A stretch of 64,000 nt of DNA. Source: Mobula hypostoma. Taxonomy: Eukaryota. The notes below the pieces were generated by a model. It worked only from the letters and a program-made list of their open reading frames with translations, did no database searches and had not been told where the DNA came from. Below are positions 1 to 11,799 of the stretch, piece by piece (position 1 is the first letter of the stretch; every line of letters starts with the position of its first letter). The position numbers and the translations under genes were made by a program. Where the stretch lies: positions 151,840,001 through 151,904,000 of the forward strand of contig NC_086097.1 in the NCBI RefSeq assembly GCF_963921235.1, written 5' to 3'.

Positions 1-59
1 TGAACATAGCCTAAGGCAGATTAAAATAACACAGCATTTCCATATACATGAGGGGGTGC

Positions 60-725
60 AAATGGATGATCTCAGCTGTTCCTCAACACCATCTCCTTCA
101 TCAAGAAAACACAGAATCATCTTCAGTTGCTGAAGAGATTGAGGTGAGCATGGTTGTCCCCCCTCCCCCCATTCTGAACAATTTTTTACGGGACACCATC
201 AAGAGTGTCCTGACAGCTGCATCACCATCTGGTATGGGAATTGTAAGGCATTTGATGGAGACACCCTACAAAAAATTGTGAATGCTGTAAGGATTATTGA
301 TGAATGCCTTCCACCTATCTGAGATAAAAGCACTGAGTATGCAGGGCCCTTAGCATTGTTATAGATTCCTCCCATCTGTCCAATAACCTTTTTGACCCCC
401 TATGATCAGGTGGGAAGAACAATAGCATAAAGACAAGAACTGTTTAGATAAGAAACAGTTTCTTCCCCCAGGCCAGGAGACAACTGAAATCCTTGGCACC
501 ACCCAGATTTTATCACATATGAAGTGCCAGTAGCATTATACTGTTTACTTTTTGACTTGCATTATAAATGCAGCTTATGCTAAATGTCAATCCTCTGGTA
601 TATTTGTGGTAATATTACTTTATGTATTGTGTGTGAGTTATGTGTTCTGTGTTGGGCTCCTTAGGAATGGTGTTTCGATTGGTGATATACATGTATACAG
701 CTAAATGACAATAAGCTGGAACTTG
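60..725 (+). mobile_element. Rex1/Babar-type LINE, decayed 3' fragment
   Basis: Translation 'ILNNFLRDTIKSVLTA' resembles the Rex1 C-terminal 'FYRCTIESILT' region seen in other copies here (12091-12130, 49460-49500); ends in an AATAA..GAACTTGAACTT-type tail. Confidence 0.65.
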
Positions 726-1274
726 AACTTGAAATTTCAATTTGTTAACAAGGCTCTTGATAGAATCTAATGAGAGGATTACTCCCAACACCAGCATTAA
801 ATGGTAATTCTGTAGCAGTAGGTGGAACGGCTTGGTTATAACAGCATTCCCACTACTTTCCTGTAAATCATGTTCAACAGCTTTTGCAGTGTTTATTTAA
901 TCTATTCTGTAGGTTTTTGAGCATCAGTACACTCTATTTAATAAATTTTTGGAGTGTTTATTTAACCTCTTTGTTAAACTTTTGGAGTACCTGTACAAAC
1001 CACTCAGTGGGGCATTGAAGTGTTTACATAACATATTCAGTTTACCTTTGAAACAGCTATTCATGTTTTTCAATAGATCATTGAAGTGAGTATTTAACCA
1101 AGTCAATCGACTTATGAAATACGTTCCTGTAGGTTGACAGAATGCGGGTTCTATTGATTCCTCGAGTCTGTTTAGTTCATTTCAGAATAACTACAAAATT
1201 TATCACTTTGAGTTTTTATTTGGGGGTGGACATCAGTTGTTGGAGAAATGAGCTGTTTCCATTTTGTCTCTTTA

Positions 1275-1610
1275 AACATAGCCCAGTCCATCATGAAAAT
1301 CAACCTCTCCTCTACTGACTCTTCTAGACTTCTTAATCCCTCAGGAAAACAGCCAACCTAATCAAGAGTCCCTCGCAATTTAGTCATTCTCGCTTCTTTT
1401 CCCCAAATTCAGGCAGAAGATACAAAAGCATGTGAACATGTAGAACCAGATTCAAGGGTGTCTTCAATCCCATAATTATAGAAGTCTTGAATGATAGCTA
1501 AAGAAGATGAGCTCTTGATCTCTGTCTACCTTGTCTTGATCCAGCACTGCACTTTCTCTGTAAATGTAACACAATATTCTGGATTTTTTTTCTCTTTTAT
1601 ACTACCTCAG
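1275..1610 (+). mobile_element. Rex1/Babar-type LINE 3' remnant
   Basis: 'AGCCCAGTCCATCATG..CAGGCAGAAGATACAAAAGC..ACCAGATTCAAG' resembles the 3' ends of the other Rex1 copies in the window. Confidence 0.55.
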
Positions 1611-1930
1611 TAAGAAGTTGGAAAAGATTTGTAGCTCATGTTGAGGATGTTGTTGTTGAGTGGCTCACCGAACTGGTTTGTTAGCTTGCAGATGTTTCGT
1701 TACCCAGCAAGGCAACATCATCAGTGCAACTTCGAATAAAGTGTTGGTGATCTACATAGTTCATCTTTTATGTGTCCTTAGATTAGTCCGTGTGTGCGTG
1801 TACATATGCAATTTCTATTGGATGCCAATTATGTAAGCTGAGATTGGTCCGTTAAAATCCAATTAGGGGCTGTGTTAGTCGACGTAGATGTAGGATTAAA
1901 GTTGTCCCCATTCACACCTGATTACACACA
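1610..1930 (-). mobile_element. Penelope-like element terminal (pLTR) fragment, family A
   Basis: Carries a hammerhead motif (1686-1729) related to the small insert at 41825-41923; HHR-bearing terminal repeats are an established property of Penelope-like elements. Confidence 0.55.
1686..1729 (-). ncRNA. Minimal type-I hammerhead ribozyme motif
   Basis: Reverse complement reads UUGCA-CUGAUGA-U-GUUGCC-uugcug-GGUAAC-GAAA-C-AUC-UGCAA: 5-bp stem I, intact CUGANGA and GAAA cores, 6-bp stem II, NUH site AUC. Confidence 0.75.
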
Positions 1931-3385
1931 TCAATGAGGATGGGAGAGGTTCCAGAGGATTGGAGGGTTGCAGATGTTGCTCCCTTATTCAAGAAAGGGA
2001 GTAGAGATAGCCCAGGAAATTATAGGCCAGTAAGTCTTACTCCAGTGGTTGGTAAATTGATGGAAAAGATCCTGAGAGGCAGGATTTATGAACGTTTGGA
2101 GAGGCATAATAGGCTTTGTGAAAGGCAGGTCGTGCCTTACGAGCCTGATTGAATTTTTTGAGGATGTGATTAAGTACATTGATGAAGGTAGAGCCATAGA
2201 TGTAGTGTATATGGATTTCAGCAAGGCATTTGATAAGGTACCTCATGCAAGGCTTATTGAGAAAGTAAGGAGGCACGGGATCCAAGGGGACATTTGCTTT
2301 GTGGATCCAGAACTGGCTTGCCCACAGAAGGCAACGAATGGTGATAGACAGGTCATGTTCTGCATGGAGGCCGGTGACCAGTAGTGTGCCTCAGGGATCT
2401 GTTCTGGGACCCCTACTCTTTGTGATTTTTATAAATGACCTGAATGAGGAAGTGGAGGGTTGGGTTAGTAAATTTGCTGATGATACAAAGGTTGGGTGTT
2501 TTGTGGATAGTGTGGATGGCTGTCAGAGGTTACAACAGGACATTGATAGGATGCAAAACTAGGCTGAGAAGTGGCAGATGGAGTTCAACCCAGATAAGTG
2601 TGAGGTGGTTCATTTTGGTAGGTCAAATATGATGGCAGAATATAGTATTAATGGTAAGACTCTTGGCAGTGTGGAGGATCAGAGAGATCTTGGGGTCCGA
2701 GTCCATTGGACACTCCAAGCTGCTGCACAGGTTGGCTCTGTGGTTAAGAAGGCATACGGTGCATTGGCCGTTATCGATCGTGGGATTGAGTTTAAGAGTC
2801 GAGAAGTAATGTTGCAGCTATATAGGACCCTGGTCAGACCCCATTTGGAGTACTGTGCTCAACTCTGGTCGCCTCACTGTAAGAAGGACGTGGAAACCAT
2901 AGAAAGCGTGCAGAGGAGATTTACAAGGATGTTGCCTGGATTGGGGAGCATGCCTTATGAGAATAGGTTGACTGAACTCGGCCTTTTCTCCTTGGAGCGA
3001 TGGAGGATGAGAGGTGGCTTGATAGAGGTATACAAGATAATGAGAGGTGTTGATCATGTGTATTTAAGAGGCTTTTCCCCAGGGCTGAAATGGCTAGCAT
3101 GAGAGGGCATTGTTTTAAGGCGCTTGGAAATAGGTACAGAGGAGATGTCAGGGGTAATTTTTTACGCAGAGAGTGGTAAGTGCATGGAATGGGCTGCCAG
3201 TGGCAGTGTTGGAGGCAGAAATGATAAGGTCTTTTAATGGACTCCTGGATGGATACATGGAGCTTAGAAAAATAGAGGGCTATGGGTAAAGCCTAGGTAG
3301 TAAGATAGGGACATGTTCGGCACAGCTTTGTGGGCCGAAGGGCCTGTTTTGTGCTGTATGTTTTCTATGTTTCAATGTTTCTATG
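1930..3385 (+). mobile_element. CR1 LINE, 5'-truncated, frameshifted RT plus 3' UTR
   Basis: ORFs 1934-3102 contain PGNYRPVSLT, DFSKAFDKV, VPQGSVLGP, SKFADD, LVRPHLEYC; (TTTCTATG)-like tail near 3360-3385. Confidence 0.95.
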
Positions 3386-3759
3386 TCAATCAGTGACTTC
3401 TCTGCTAAGGAAACTAGTCCTTCATTCTTGCCCATGTTAACATAACTATTAAATAATAATAATAATAATAATACTTTCTTAATTAAAAATGCTCTTAGTG
3501 AAATGTGCCACATTTTGAACTCATGATTGTTGCATCACAGCAGCAGGATAATTGTGTTTTTCAATGTGATCTCGGCAAGACTTTAACTTTAACAGCCTGA
3601 TGCTAAAAATATTTATTCATGTGTTTAAAAGATACCTGAAAATTTACCATCATGTCTTATCAATTACATTTTGCATCTTGCAAGGAACCATCTACCATGA
3701 ACGTTTTCTACCAAGTTCTCCATAGCTATAAGATGTTGGCTGCCTGCTGCACAACATCA

Positions 3760-4600
3760 GTACCATAAGGCAGCCATTTTTTTTCAAAGTTGCCACACTT
3801 TTAACTAAAACCAGGAAGGTGGAGCATATCACTCCTGTCCTAACTACTCAACATTATCTTCCTCTATCTTTTAGAATTGATTTTAAAGCTCTCTTCCTTG
3901 TTTACAAGGTTAACTATCAGGAGAATATTCAGATTTGATTCCCGTTACTTTGTTACAGAATCACTTCATGTTATTTTGAGATCCAGATTATCTAGCAGTC
4001 CGGCGGTAATCTCACTGAGAGAAAAACAAATTACAAAGAAGACTCCCTGGGGAAATCAACCTGAAGCTTCCCATCCGAATTCTTTCACCTTCCTGATACT
4101 GCCAATCCTGACCACACTGACATGGATCCATTGACGAAGGGCCTAAGCAGCAGGGCACTCTGAATTTATGGAATGTAGGGTCAGTTTTTCTCTATTTTCC
4201 TGAAGCCTGAGACACCTATTAATATTTGTTGCAGTACAAGAGGTGAATGAGTGAAGCCCACCTGTCTGTTGATTGCTGCTTTTATAAAGTCCATGTTGCA
4301 TGTGATTTGTTTTATAATCCTGCTCAAACACTTGGGTCTTCTTCTGCTGGTCTCTTAAATTTAAACAATCTCCTTCAAAAGATAATTGGCTGGTCTGCTG
4401 TCTTTAACTATGCTCCAAATCCGTGGAACTCAATACCTAGAACTATAGTGGATGCAGACTCAGTTGATGCATTTAAATGTCAACTTAACACCTATTTATT
4501 TAACCTTTTTGTCTTTTATTTTCATGTTTGCACTTTATCCCCTTGTAAAGTACTATAAGCTACATTGTTTGTATGAAAAATGCTCTATAAATAAATTGTT
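3760..4600 (+). mobile_element. L2-clade LINE 3' remnant interrupted by an unknown ~340-bp insert
   Basis: 3800-3910 translates to LTKTRKVEHITPVL..LPLSFRIDFKALFLVYK (L2 C-terminal signature); resumes near 4310 (AVFNYAPNPWNSIP) and ends with TGCTCTATAAATAAA. Confidence 0.8.
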
Positions 4601-4609
4601 ATAACTTTA

Positions 4610-5445
4610 TTTTAATTTTATTCTCAGCTCAAGCTAGTAAAACCTGTGGTGTAGCCATAGCCATGCACTCTCATTTGTCAATTGCAAGAAACTTTCGAAT
4701 CATTGTGGTGGTGTTTAGTATTGTGACCTTCTGGAGATTTACATAAATATTGACGCGTAGGCCGAATTGGTTAATATTGTTGTGTAGTGACTTTGGGATG
4801 AGACCAGTTGTAGCTATTTCTATTGGGACAATGTATAGCCTGTTCACGTTCCATAGTCTTTCAATTTCCTTTTTTAATTTAGTATATTTCCCGTGTTTTT
4901 CACTGATTGATTTCTGTATCTTGTGTGTGTTTGGAATGTCTATATCTATTAAGTAAGTTGTTTTTGCTTGTTTATTCTGTATTATTATATCTGGACAGTA
5001 ATTATGGATTGTTCTAACTGTAATAATGGATTGGTCATAATATAATCTGTAGGGCCCTGAATCTAAACTTGGATCAGGCTTGTATTTAGAGTAAGGTATG
5101 GTGTCTTTTATGAGTTTGTATTTTAAAGCAATAATTTGGTTGATGATGTTTGTCATTTGATTGTGCCTGTGTATGGAATCAGATTGAGTTAAACTGCTGC
5201 AGGATCCTGAAATGTGTTGGATTGTTTTTGGTTTCTCTTATCATTTTCTCCATTTATCATCTTGAATTTGTTGGTTGTTTATTATGTATTTTTGATATTA
5301 TTTGTGTTAACCAGCTGGTCCTTCTGCTTCTATGAAGAGTTCTCCCACCCTGAGCCAGGGATTTGACGCTTCCTTGTCGACCTCTAGTCTGCTCAGATCA
5401 TAGGGATGTTTTCCACGGGGGCGGGGGGGGGGTGGCGCAGTCATG
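4610..5445 (-). mobile_element. R4/Dong-clade non-LTR retrotransposon 3' fragment (restriction-like endonuclease)
   Basis: ORF 4671-5156 has 'HNYCPDIII..YLIDIDIP..EKHGKY..LKKEIERLW..IVPI..TTGLIPK', a PD..D-type RLE; upstream degraded CCHC-knuckle region 'TIQHISGSCSSL..HRHNQ'. Confidence 0.85.
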
Positions 5446-5459
5446 CACTTCAATTCGTT

Positions 5460-5690
5460 AACTTTTTCTTCTATAGTGGAATTGATTGCCACAGATGGCT
5501 GTGGAAGCCAAGTCATTGGCTATATTTATATTGGAGATGCAGTAGATAGGTTCTTGATTAGTAAGGGTGTCAAAGGTCATGTGCGGAAGGCAGATGAATA
5601 GGGTTGAGAGGGACAATAAATCATAATGGAATGGTGGAGGTGAGTGGTCTAATTCTTCTCCTATGTCTTATGGTCTTATAGTCTTGTGGA
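5460..5690 (+). mobile_element. CR1 3' end fragment
   Basis: 'GTGGAATTGATTGCCACAG..GTGGAAGCCAAGTCATTGG' and (TCTTATGG)n tail as in the CR1 ending at 27030. Confidence 0.8.
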
Positions 5691-8069
5691 CTTAATGAAG
5701 TCAATTATTGACTGTTAGTGTTTGGATGATTAAAGTATTCATCTCCAACTATTGTTACAGGGTCATGCATCATCACACTGCAGTGCAGAAACAGGACCTT
5801 TGACCCAGCTAGTCCATGCCAAAACAATTATTCTGCCTAGTCCCATCAACCTGCACCTGGACCATTGACCTCCATATTCTTCCCATCCATGTATATATCC
5901 AAACTTCTCTTGAAAGTTGAAATGTCATCTTCAACTTATGTCTGAAAGTAGCAATAATAGATAGCATGCAGGCTTGGACTGATAAATTATAAATTACTTT
6001 TATGCAACCTAATTATCATCAATCAACTAAACAGAATCTAACCACTACTTCCTGCCATTCAATCATATTATCATCATCAAGCCTGGTAATAGGGCAGTCA
6101 GTGACATTTGTGGAAAAGTTGCATGAATATACATTATAAAGGTCACACAAGTTCTATAAACATTGACAGAGAAGCATATATAAGAATTCCAAATATTGAA
6201 CAGAATTTTAATGGTTTTGTATATTGTTAAACAGAATATGTAAACTGTATACTGTATAAGGATTCCAAAAGTCAACAAAGTAGAATGCAGAAACACATCA
6301 GCATTCGCCTGTGCTTTTAATTCCAAGAGCTTTTAATCAGCTGTTCCCTTTAACAGGGTCACTACAACTTCTCTGTTTGAGGGAGAAAAATAATTCCATC
6401 CTTCTGTTTCAGACACTGAGCATCAAACATCAAACATTGAGCTTGACTACAGGCTGTCAGTCAACAGTGCAATTAACTTGCTCTCCATCTCTGATGGTGG
6501 TGGTACATCTGTTGCAGTCATATTCTCATCAAAATTTAACTCCACTGAAGTTCAAAGTTCAAAATAAATTTAATATCAAAGTATGCATATATTACCATAT
6601 ACTGATGTGAGATTCATTTTCTTGTAGGCATTTACAGAGAAAAAAAAGGAATACAGCAGAATATACACAAATAAACTATACATAAACAGACAAATGGAAA
6701 GTAAAATTCTGGGCTAGATTATTAAAGAGAGAAATTATTCAAGCTCATGATTATCAGAATATCAAAGCTACCTAAATTTACTCTTATTTAAACAACAGTC
6801 ATCTTCCACTGGGGCCAACGTGCAAACTGCCTTTGTGTCATCCTCAGATGAAAAGAATGTAATGTCTGAAGCAAAACAAAACGTCAACATTTATTATTTG
6901 GTGAAGCTTTTGAGTTCATTTGGATCATGAATGGAAAATTAACACACAGAATCTGCTATTTACTGTATGATAAGCCAGAAGTTTCACTGATTGGTATGAA
7001 ATTCTCTGCCTTATAATTTTGCAAATGCATTTTAAATCAGCTGAAGTTTCATCGTGCTCCATATGATGAATCAAGATAAAGGGCAATTTTTGAGTCAAAA
7101 ATGATTATAGTGGAAACCTAATTCAATTAATAGATGAGAGAAACAGATGAGGGTAGAGAGATGAGAAGAAGGAGAGATCAAGATAAGGAAGTAAAGGAAG
7201 GAACTAAATGATGGGATGAAAGCAGATGGGAAAGGTTGGAGTGAAGGATGGGGGGAAGTATATTGACAGGAGGGGAAGAGAGTGTTGTTCTATACTCCCA
7301 CTAGTGGCATGTTCTTTCACTTTATAAAGTAATCCTTGTCATGTTCTGAAGCTTCTTGTTAAGCAATGTAAAATGTTTTGGTTATACATATTGATCTCAG
7401 ACAATAAAATGTTCAATACTAAAACTTGTACTTCCATGAGATAGCAGTAGATGGCGATGCAGGAGGGAGAAGCAAAATATTGAGCAAAATATACCTAAAA
7501 ATTGGATCCATTGCCATTAGGTAAACTTGCATCCATTGGGAAATTGGCCTAGGTGCTTCCATGTCCACTCATCGTCAAGCATTGAATGATATTGGATTTT
7601 CTGTAGCACATATTTTCTCTCTGACAAACGTAAAATGGAATTTTCAGGAGCAACCTATGACCTTTGTTGATAACTTACAGAAGAACGAGGAGCACATTGT
7701 GTAAAGGCCGCCAATGAAATAGCCAGCACTTGGTGCATATGTTCTGTGATCTTTATCGTACAGATCATGCTCGTGGCCATAGCATAGAGATAATCATGGG
7801 TATCAATCAAGTCAGAGCCTTATTGGTGATGTCCCTACACAGAGAAGATTAGCATATTATCATCCCCTGAACCCTAGGATTTTCCCTCATCCCTTTTAAG
7901 TAGCAACTCTGTTACTGCCAGAGAGAGAAATTCTTCAAGGTCTGATGCCTTTCCCATTGATTTACAAGGTAAACTCATGGTAGTTGGAAATATTTCCATG
8001 CAGGGCATCTCTAATGCTAAGTGTAGATTGAGACTGAGATTTAGATTCAGATTAATCTATCACATTAAT

Positions 8070-8675
8070 GTAATGCTGGAGGAACTGAGTAGGCCAGGCG
8101 TCTATGGAAAAGAGTAAACAGTTGACGTTTTGGGCCAAGACCTTTCACCAGGAACTGGAAAAAAAAGATAAGGTCAAAGTAAGAAGGCCGGGTGGGGAGG
8201 GGGCGGGGAGAAGAGGAAGAAGTACAAGGTCATAGGGAATAGGTGAAACCAGGAGAGGGGTAGGGGTGAAATAAAGAGCTAGGAGGTTGATTAGTGAAAG
8301 AGATAAAGGGTTGGACAAGGGGAATCTAATAGGAGAGGACAGAAGGCCATGGAAGAAAGGGAAGGGGGTGGAGCACCAGAGGGAGGTGATGGGCAGATAT
8401 GTAGAAAAGGTGAGAGAGGGAAATGGTAATAGGTAATGGTGAAGGAGGGGGAGGAGGACAATTACCGGAAGTTTGAGAAATCCATGTTCATCTCATCCAG
8501 TTGGAGGCTACCCAGATGGAATATAAGGTGTTGTTCCTCCAACCTGAGCGTGGCCTCATTGCGGCAGTAGAGGAGGCCATGGACTGACGTGCCAGAATGG
8601 GAATGGGAAGTAACACTGAAATGGGTGGCCACCTGAAGAACCTGCTTTTTCTGGTGGACAGAGCATAGATGGTCA
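8070..8675 (-). mobile_element. Penelope element 3' fragment (GIY-YIG C-terminus plus pLTR), family B
   Basis: Highly similar to 35165-35800; degenerate hammerhead at 8119-8157. Confidence 0.85.
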
Positions 8676-9389
8676 ATGAGTTGTTTACTGTTTATCTGTG
8701 CTGGGCACTACATGCACTTCGAATGATATTTTATTAACTATTTGTGGTCATATTTTATTTTATGCGCTGTGTGTAATGTGTTTTGTGGAAGAATATTGTT
8801 TCGTTTGGTAGAATATGTGTACAGTCAGAGAACAATAAATTGAGAAAGTAATAGGATGGAAAAGGTGAGGGCAGAATGGGAATGGAGTTAAAGAGGATGG
8901 GAATTTTGAGGAAAAGTGAAAATTGAGAAAAAAGGGGATAAGTAACAGGAATGAGAGTGGTTAACATAAGGATAAGAGAAGGGACCAAAGTAAAATGAAG
9001 TGAGAGAAGCAAAGGGAATTAGAAAGATGGGGAAGAAAGAGGCAAAATTAATACTGTTTAGTGTACGTTACATATATTCTCAATACGATGAGAATATTGC
9101 ATAGACCATGAGTATGATAATGAACAGGAGAGTAAAGAACATGCTGAGCCGTCACTGCATAATATAAAAAACGTAGCTAATTTTCACATAGCGATGTTCC
9201 ACAGGCAGCTTTTCCTACTCCTATTGAATTGCCTTTCATCTGGAATGCTGATTTCTTCCTCAGATGCTGCCTAACTTGCAGATTCGTCCAGCATTTTATA
9301 TTTTATTCCAGCAGAAGCTACATTATAATGATCAGCTGATTTATTCTGATGATGATCAAGCGCTGTCAAAGCACATGTAGGCAATCCTC

Positions 9390-9580
9390 CTCTTTACTTC
9401 AAATGTGTACCATGGGATCTTTTACAGCCACCTGTGAGAGCATTTCATCTGAAGAATGTGGTGGTGCGTCAGAATTTACTGGAATATGAGTTAAGATTTT
9501 ATTACTTAAGTTCCTGGAATGTAAATTTAGCCAATAATGTCTGACATGGAAGTGCGAGTTCTACTCTCTGAATCACAGAA
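9390..9580 (-). mobile_element. Ancient Deu-domain SINE (SacSINE1/AmnSINE-like) remnant
   Basis: 'CCATGGGATCTTTTACAGCCACCTG..TCATCTGAA' resembles the reverse complement of the Deu domain as recalled (CAGGTGGACGTAAAAGATCCCATGG); degenerate tRNA-like head near 9540-9580. Confidence 0.6.
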
Positions 9581-9764
9581 CATTCTTACTTTGGCTGACA
9601 TTTCTGGTGCAGGTTAACCAGCAGCTTGGTGGTTTGGTAAAAGGTTTGTTGTCAATTAGTAAGTTCTGTTCAAGTCCTGCTTCTGCATTTCAGGACAAAG
9701 TCAGTAATGTTGGGGGGGATCAGTGGGGAGGGTGCAAGGATAAGTACCAGGAGAGAAATCAGTG

Positions 9765-10495
9765 GGTAGATATCCTCCCCACTGATCTCCCTCCTCAAAC
9801 AGTCCTTCCAGGTGAGGCGACACTTCACCCGTGAGTCTGTTGGGGTCATCTACTGTATTCGGTGCTGCCGGTGTGGCCTCTTGTATATCGGTGAGACCCA
9901 ACGTAGATTGGGAGACTGCTTTGACAAGCACCTTTGCTCGGTCCGCCAGAAAAAGTGGAATTTCCCAGTGGCCACCCATTAGATTTTACTTCCTTTCTCA
10001 TCTGACACGCCAGTCCATGGCCTCCTCTACTGCTACAATGAAACTACACTCAGACTGGAGGAGCAACACCTTATATTCCACCTGGGTAGCCTCCAACCTG
10101 ATGGCATGAACATGGGTTTCTCAAACTCCTGGTAATTGCCCCCCTCCACTTCACCATTGCCCCCTCCTTACCTGTCCATCACCTCTCTCTGGCATTCCTC
10201 CCCATTCCCTTTCTTCCATGGTCTTCTACCCTCTCCTATCAGATTCTCCCCTTCTCCAGCCCTTTACCTCTTTCACCTACCAACTTTCCATTTCTTTACT
10301 TCACCCCTCTTCCGATTTCACCTATCACCTACCACCTTGTACTTCTTTCACCCCCTCCCCCCACCTTCTTTTTCTGACCTCGTCCTTTTTTCCAGTCCTA
10401 TTGAAGGGTCTTGGGTCTGAAATGTTGACTATTTAGTCTTTTCCATAGATGCCGCCTGGCCAGCTGAGTTCCTCCAGCATTTTGTGTGTGTTAAA
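9765..10495 (+). mobile_element. Penelope element fragment (GIY-YIG plus pLTR), family B
   Basis: Translates to FQVRRHFTRESVGVIYCIRCCRCGLLYIGETQRRLGDCFDKH (GIY-YIG); pyrimidine-rich pLTR with degenerate hammerhead at 10394-10430. Confidence 0.9.
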
Positions 10496-10499
10496 ATAT

Positions 10500-11070
10500 A
10501 CCAGGGTAATTGATATTTAGTAAAAGTGGCCGAGAAGAAAACAATAGGTGGTTAATAAGTAATGAAGTTTGGGCAATAATGTGAAAGAATATTTGTTCAG
10601 AGTATTTGGAGTCATTCTTGGTGGAGCTAAGAAGCAGCAAGGTGTAGAAGTCATTGGTGAGATCAGTCTATGTGCCTCCTAATAGATATAGTAAAACAGA
10701 GGAGTGTATGAAACAGGAAATTAAAGATACTCATAGCAAGGGTACTACAATAATCATGGGTGCTTTTAATCTATCCATGAACTGACCAAACCAAATCAAT
10801 CTAAGTATTGTGGTGGAAGAACATCTGGGTGTCTATGGGATAGCTTTTTGGACTAGTGTGTGGAGTAACCAAGTTGGATAAAGGAAAGTAATATAATGTT
10901 TCAAAATTTGCTGATTTCACAAACTGGATTTGATTGTGAATGTTTCTTTAAGTGAACATGGCAGTCACAGCACAATGTGGATATATGTAAAATTATCCAT
11001 TTAGATATGAGAAACAGAAAGATGGCATTGTTTAAATGGTGTTTGGATCAGCTGATGCATAATGAAACAT
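10500..11070 (+). mobile_element. Old, heavily decayed CR1 fragments
   Basis: Residual EN-like ('GGTGGAGCTAAGAA', 'ATCATGGGTGCTTTTAAT') and RT-like ('AAAATTTGCTGAT') motifs. Confidence 0.55.
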
Positions 11071-11339
11071 GCTTCACTTCCAGATGAGCTCAATGCCTTC
11101 TATGCTCATTTTGACCACCAGAACGGGGCAATCCTATGTTTTCTGATGACCCTCTGTCTCAGTATTTGAAGATAACATGTGGGCTGCCTTCAAGGTAATG
11201 AATCCAAGGAAAGCATCCTGTCTGAAAGGAGTATCTGAACTGAACTTTATGTATTTTTGATAAGCATATGTTTTGTCTGGGATATTTAGAATGAGGGATC
11301 AGAGTCCCAGATAAAAAGCTAGAGATTTAGGATGGAAAT

Positions 11340-11640
11340 TTTATTTAATTATTCATTGATTTGTTGAGATACCGCATGGAATAGACCCTTCTAGCCCTTT
11401 GAGCCACGCTACCCAGGAATCTCCTGATTTAATCTGAGCTTAATCATGGGACAATTTACAATGACCAACCAACTGGTACATTTTTGGACTATGGGAAGAA
11501 ACCGGAGCACACAGAGGAAACGCAAGTGGTGATGGGGAAAATGTTTGAACTCCTTACAGGCAGCAGTGGGAATTGAACCCCAGTCATCTGCACAGCTATA
11601 CATCATGCTATTCAGTATGCTACCGTGCCACCCGCCCCAT
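11340..11640 (-). mobile_element. tRNA-derived SINE (HE1/V-SINE-like)
   Basis: Reverse strand has an A-box-like GGCACGGTAGC, B-box GGGTTCAATTCCC, then the 'TGTAAGGAGTT..CCGGTTTCTTCCCA..TCCAAA' body shared with 50110-50340. Confidence 0.75.
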
Positions 11641-11799
11641 TACTTCCACTCAGTGGAAGGTGACTGTGGAATTTATTCTTTCAGATGATTGAAGAGACCT
11701 GTATGTTGAATGTATTTAAGGAGATGGTGAAGTTTCTGGGTGCAAAGGCATCAAAGAGAAGGAATAGTGTATGTCACTAAGACAGATCATCAGCTATGA

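Noticed and set aside
7130..9045. Purine-rich tracts (7130-7280, 8835-9045)
   Set aside because: Low-complexity GA-rich sequence with no defined unit or function.
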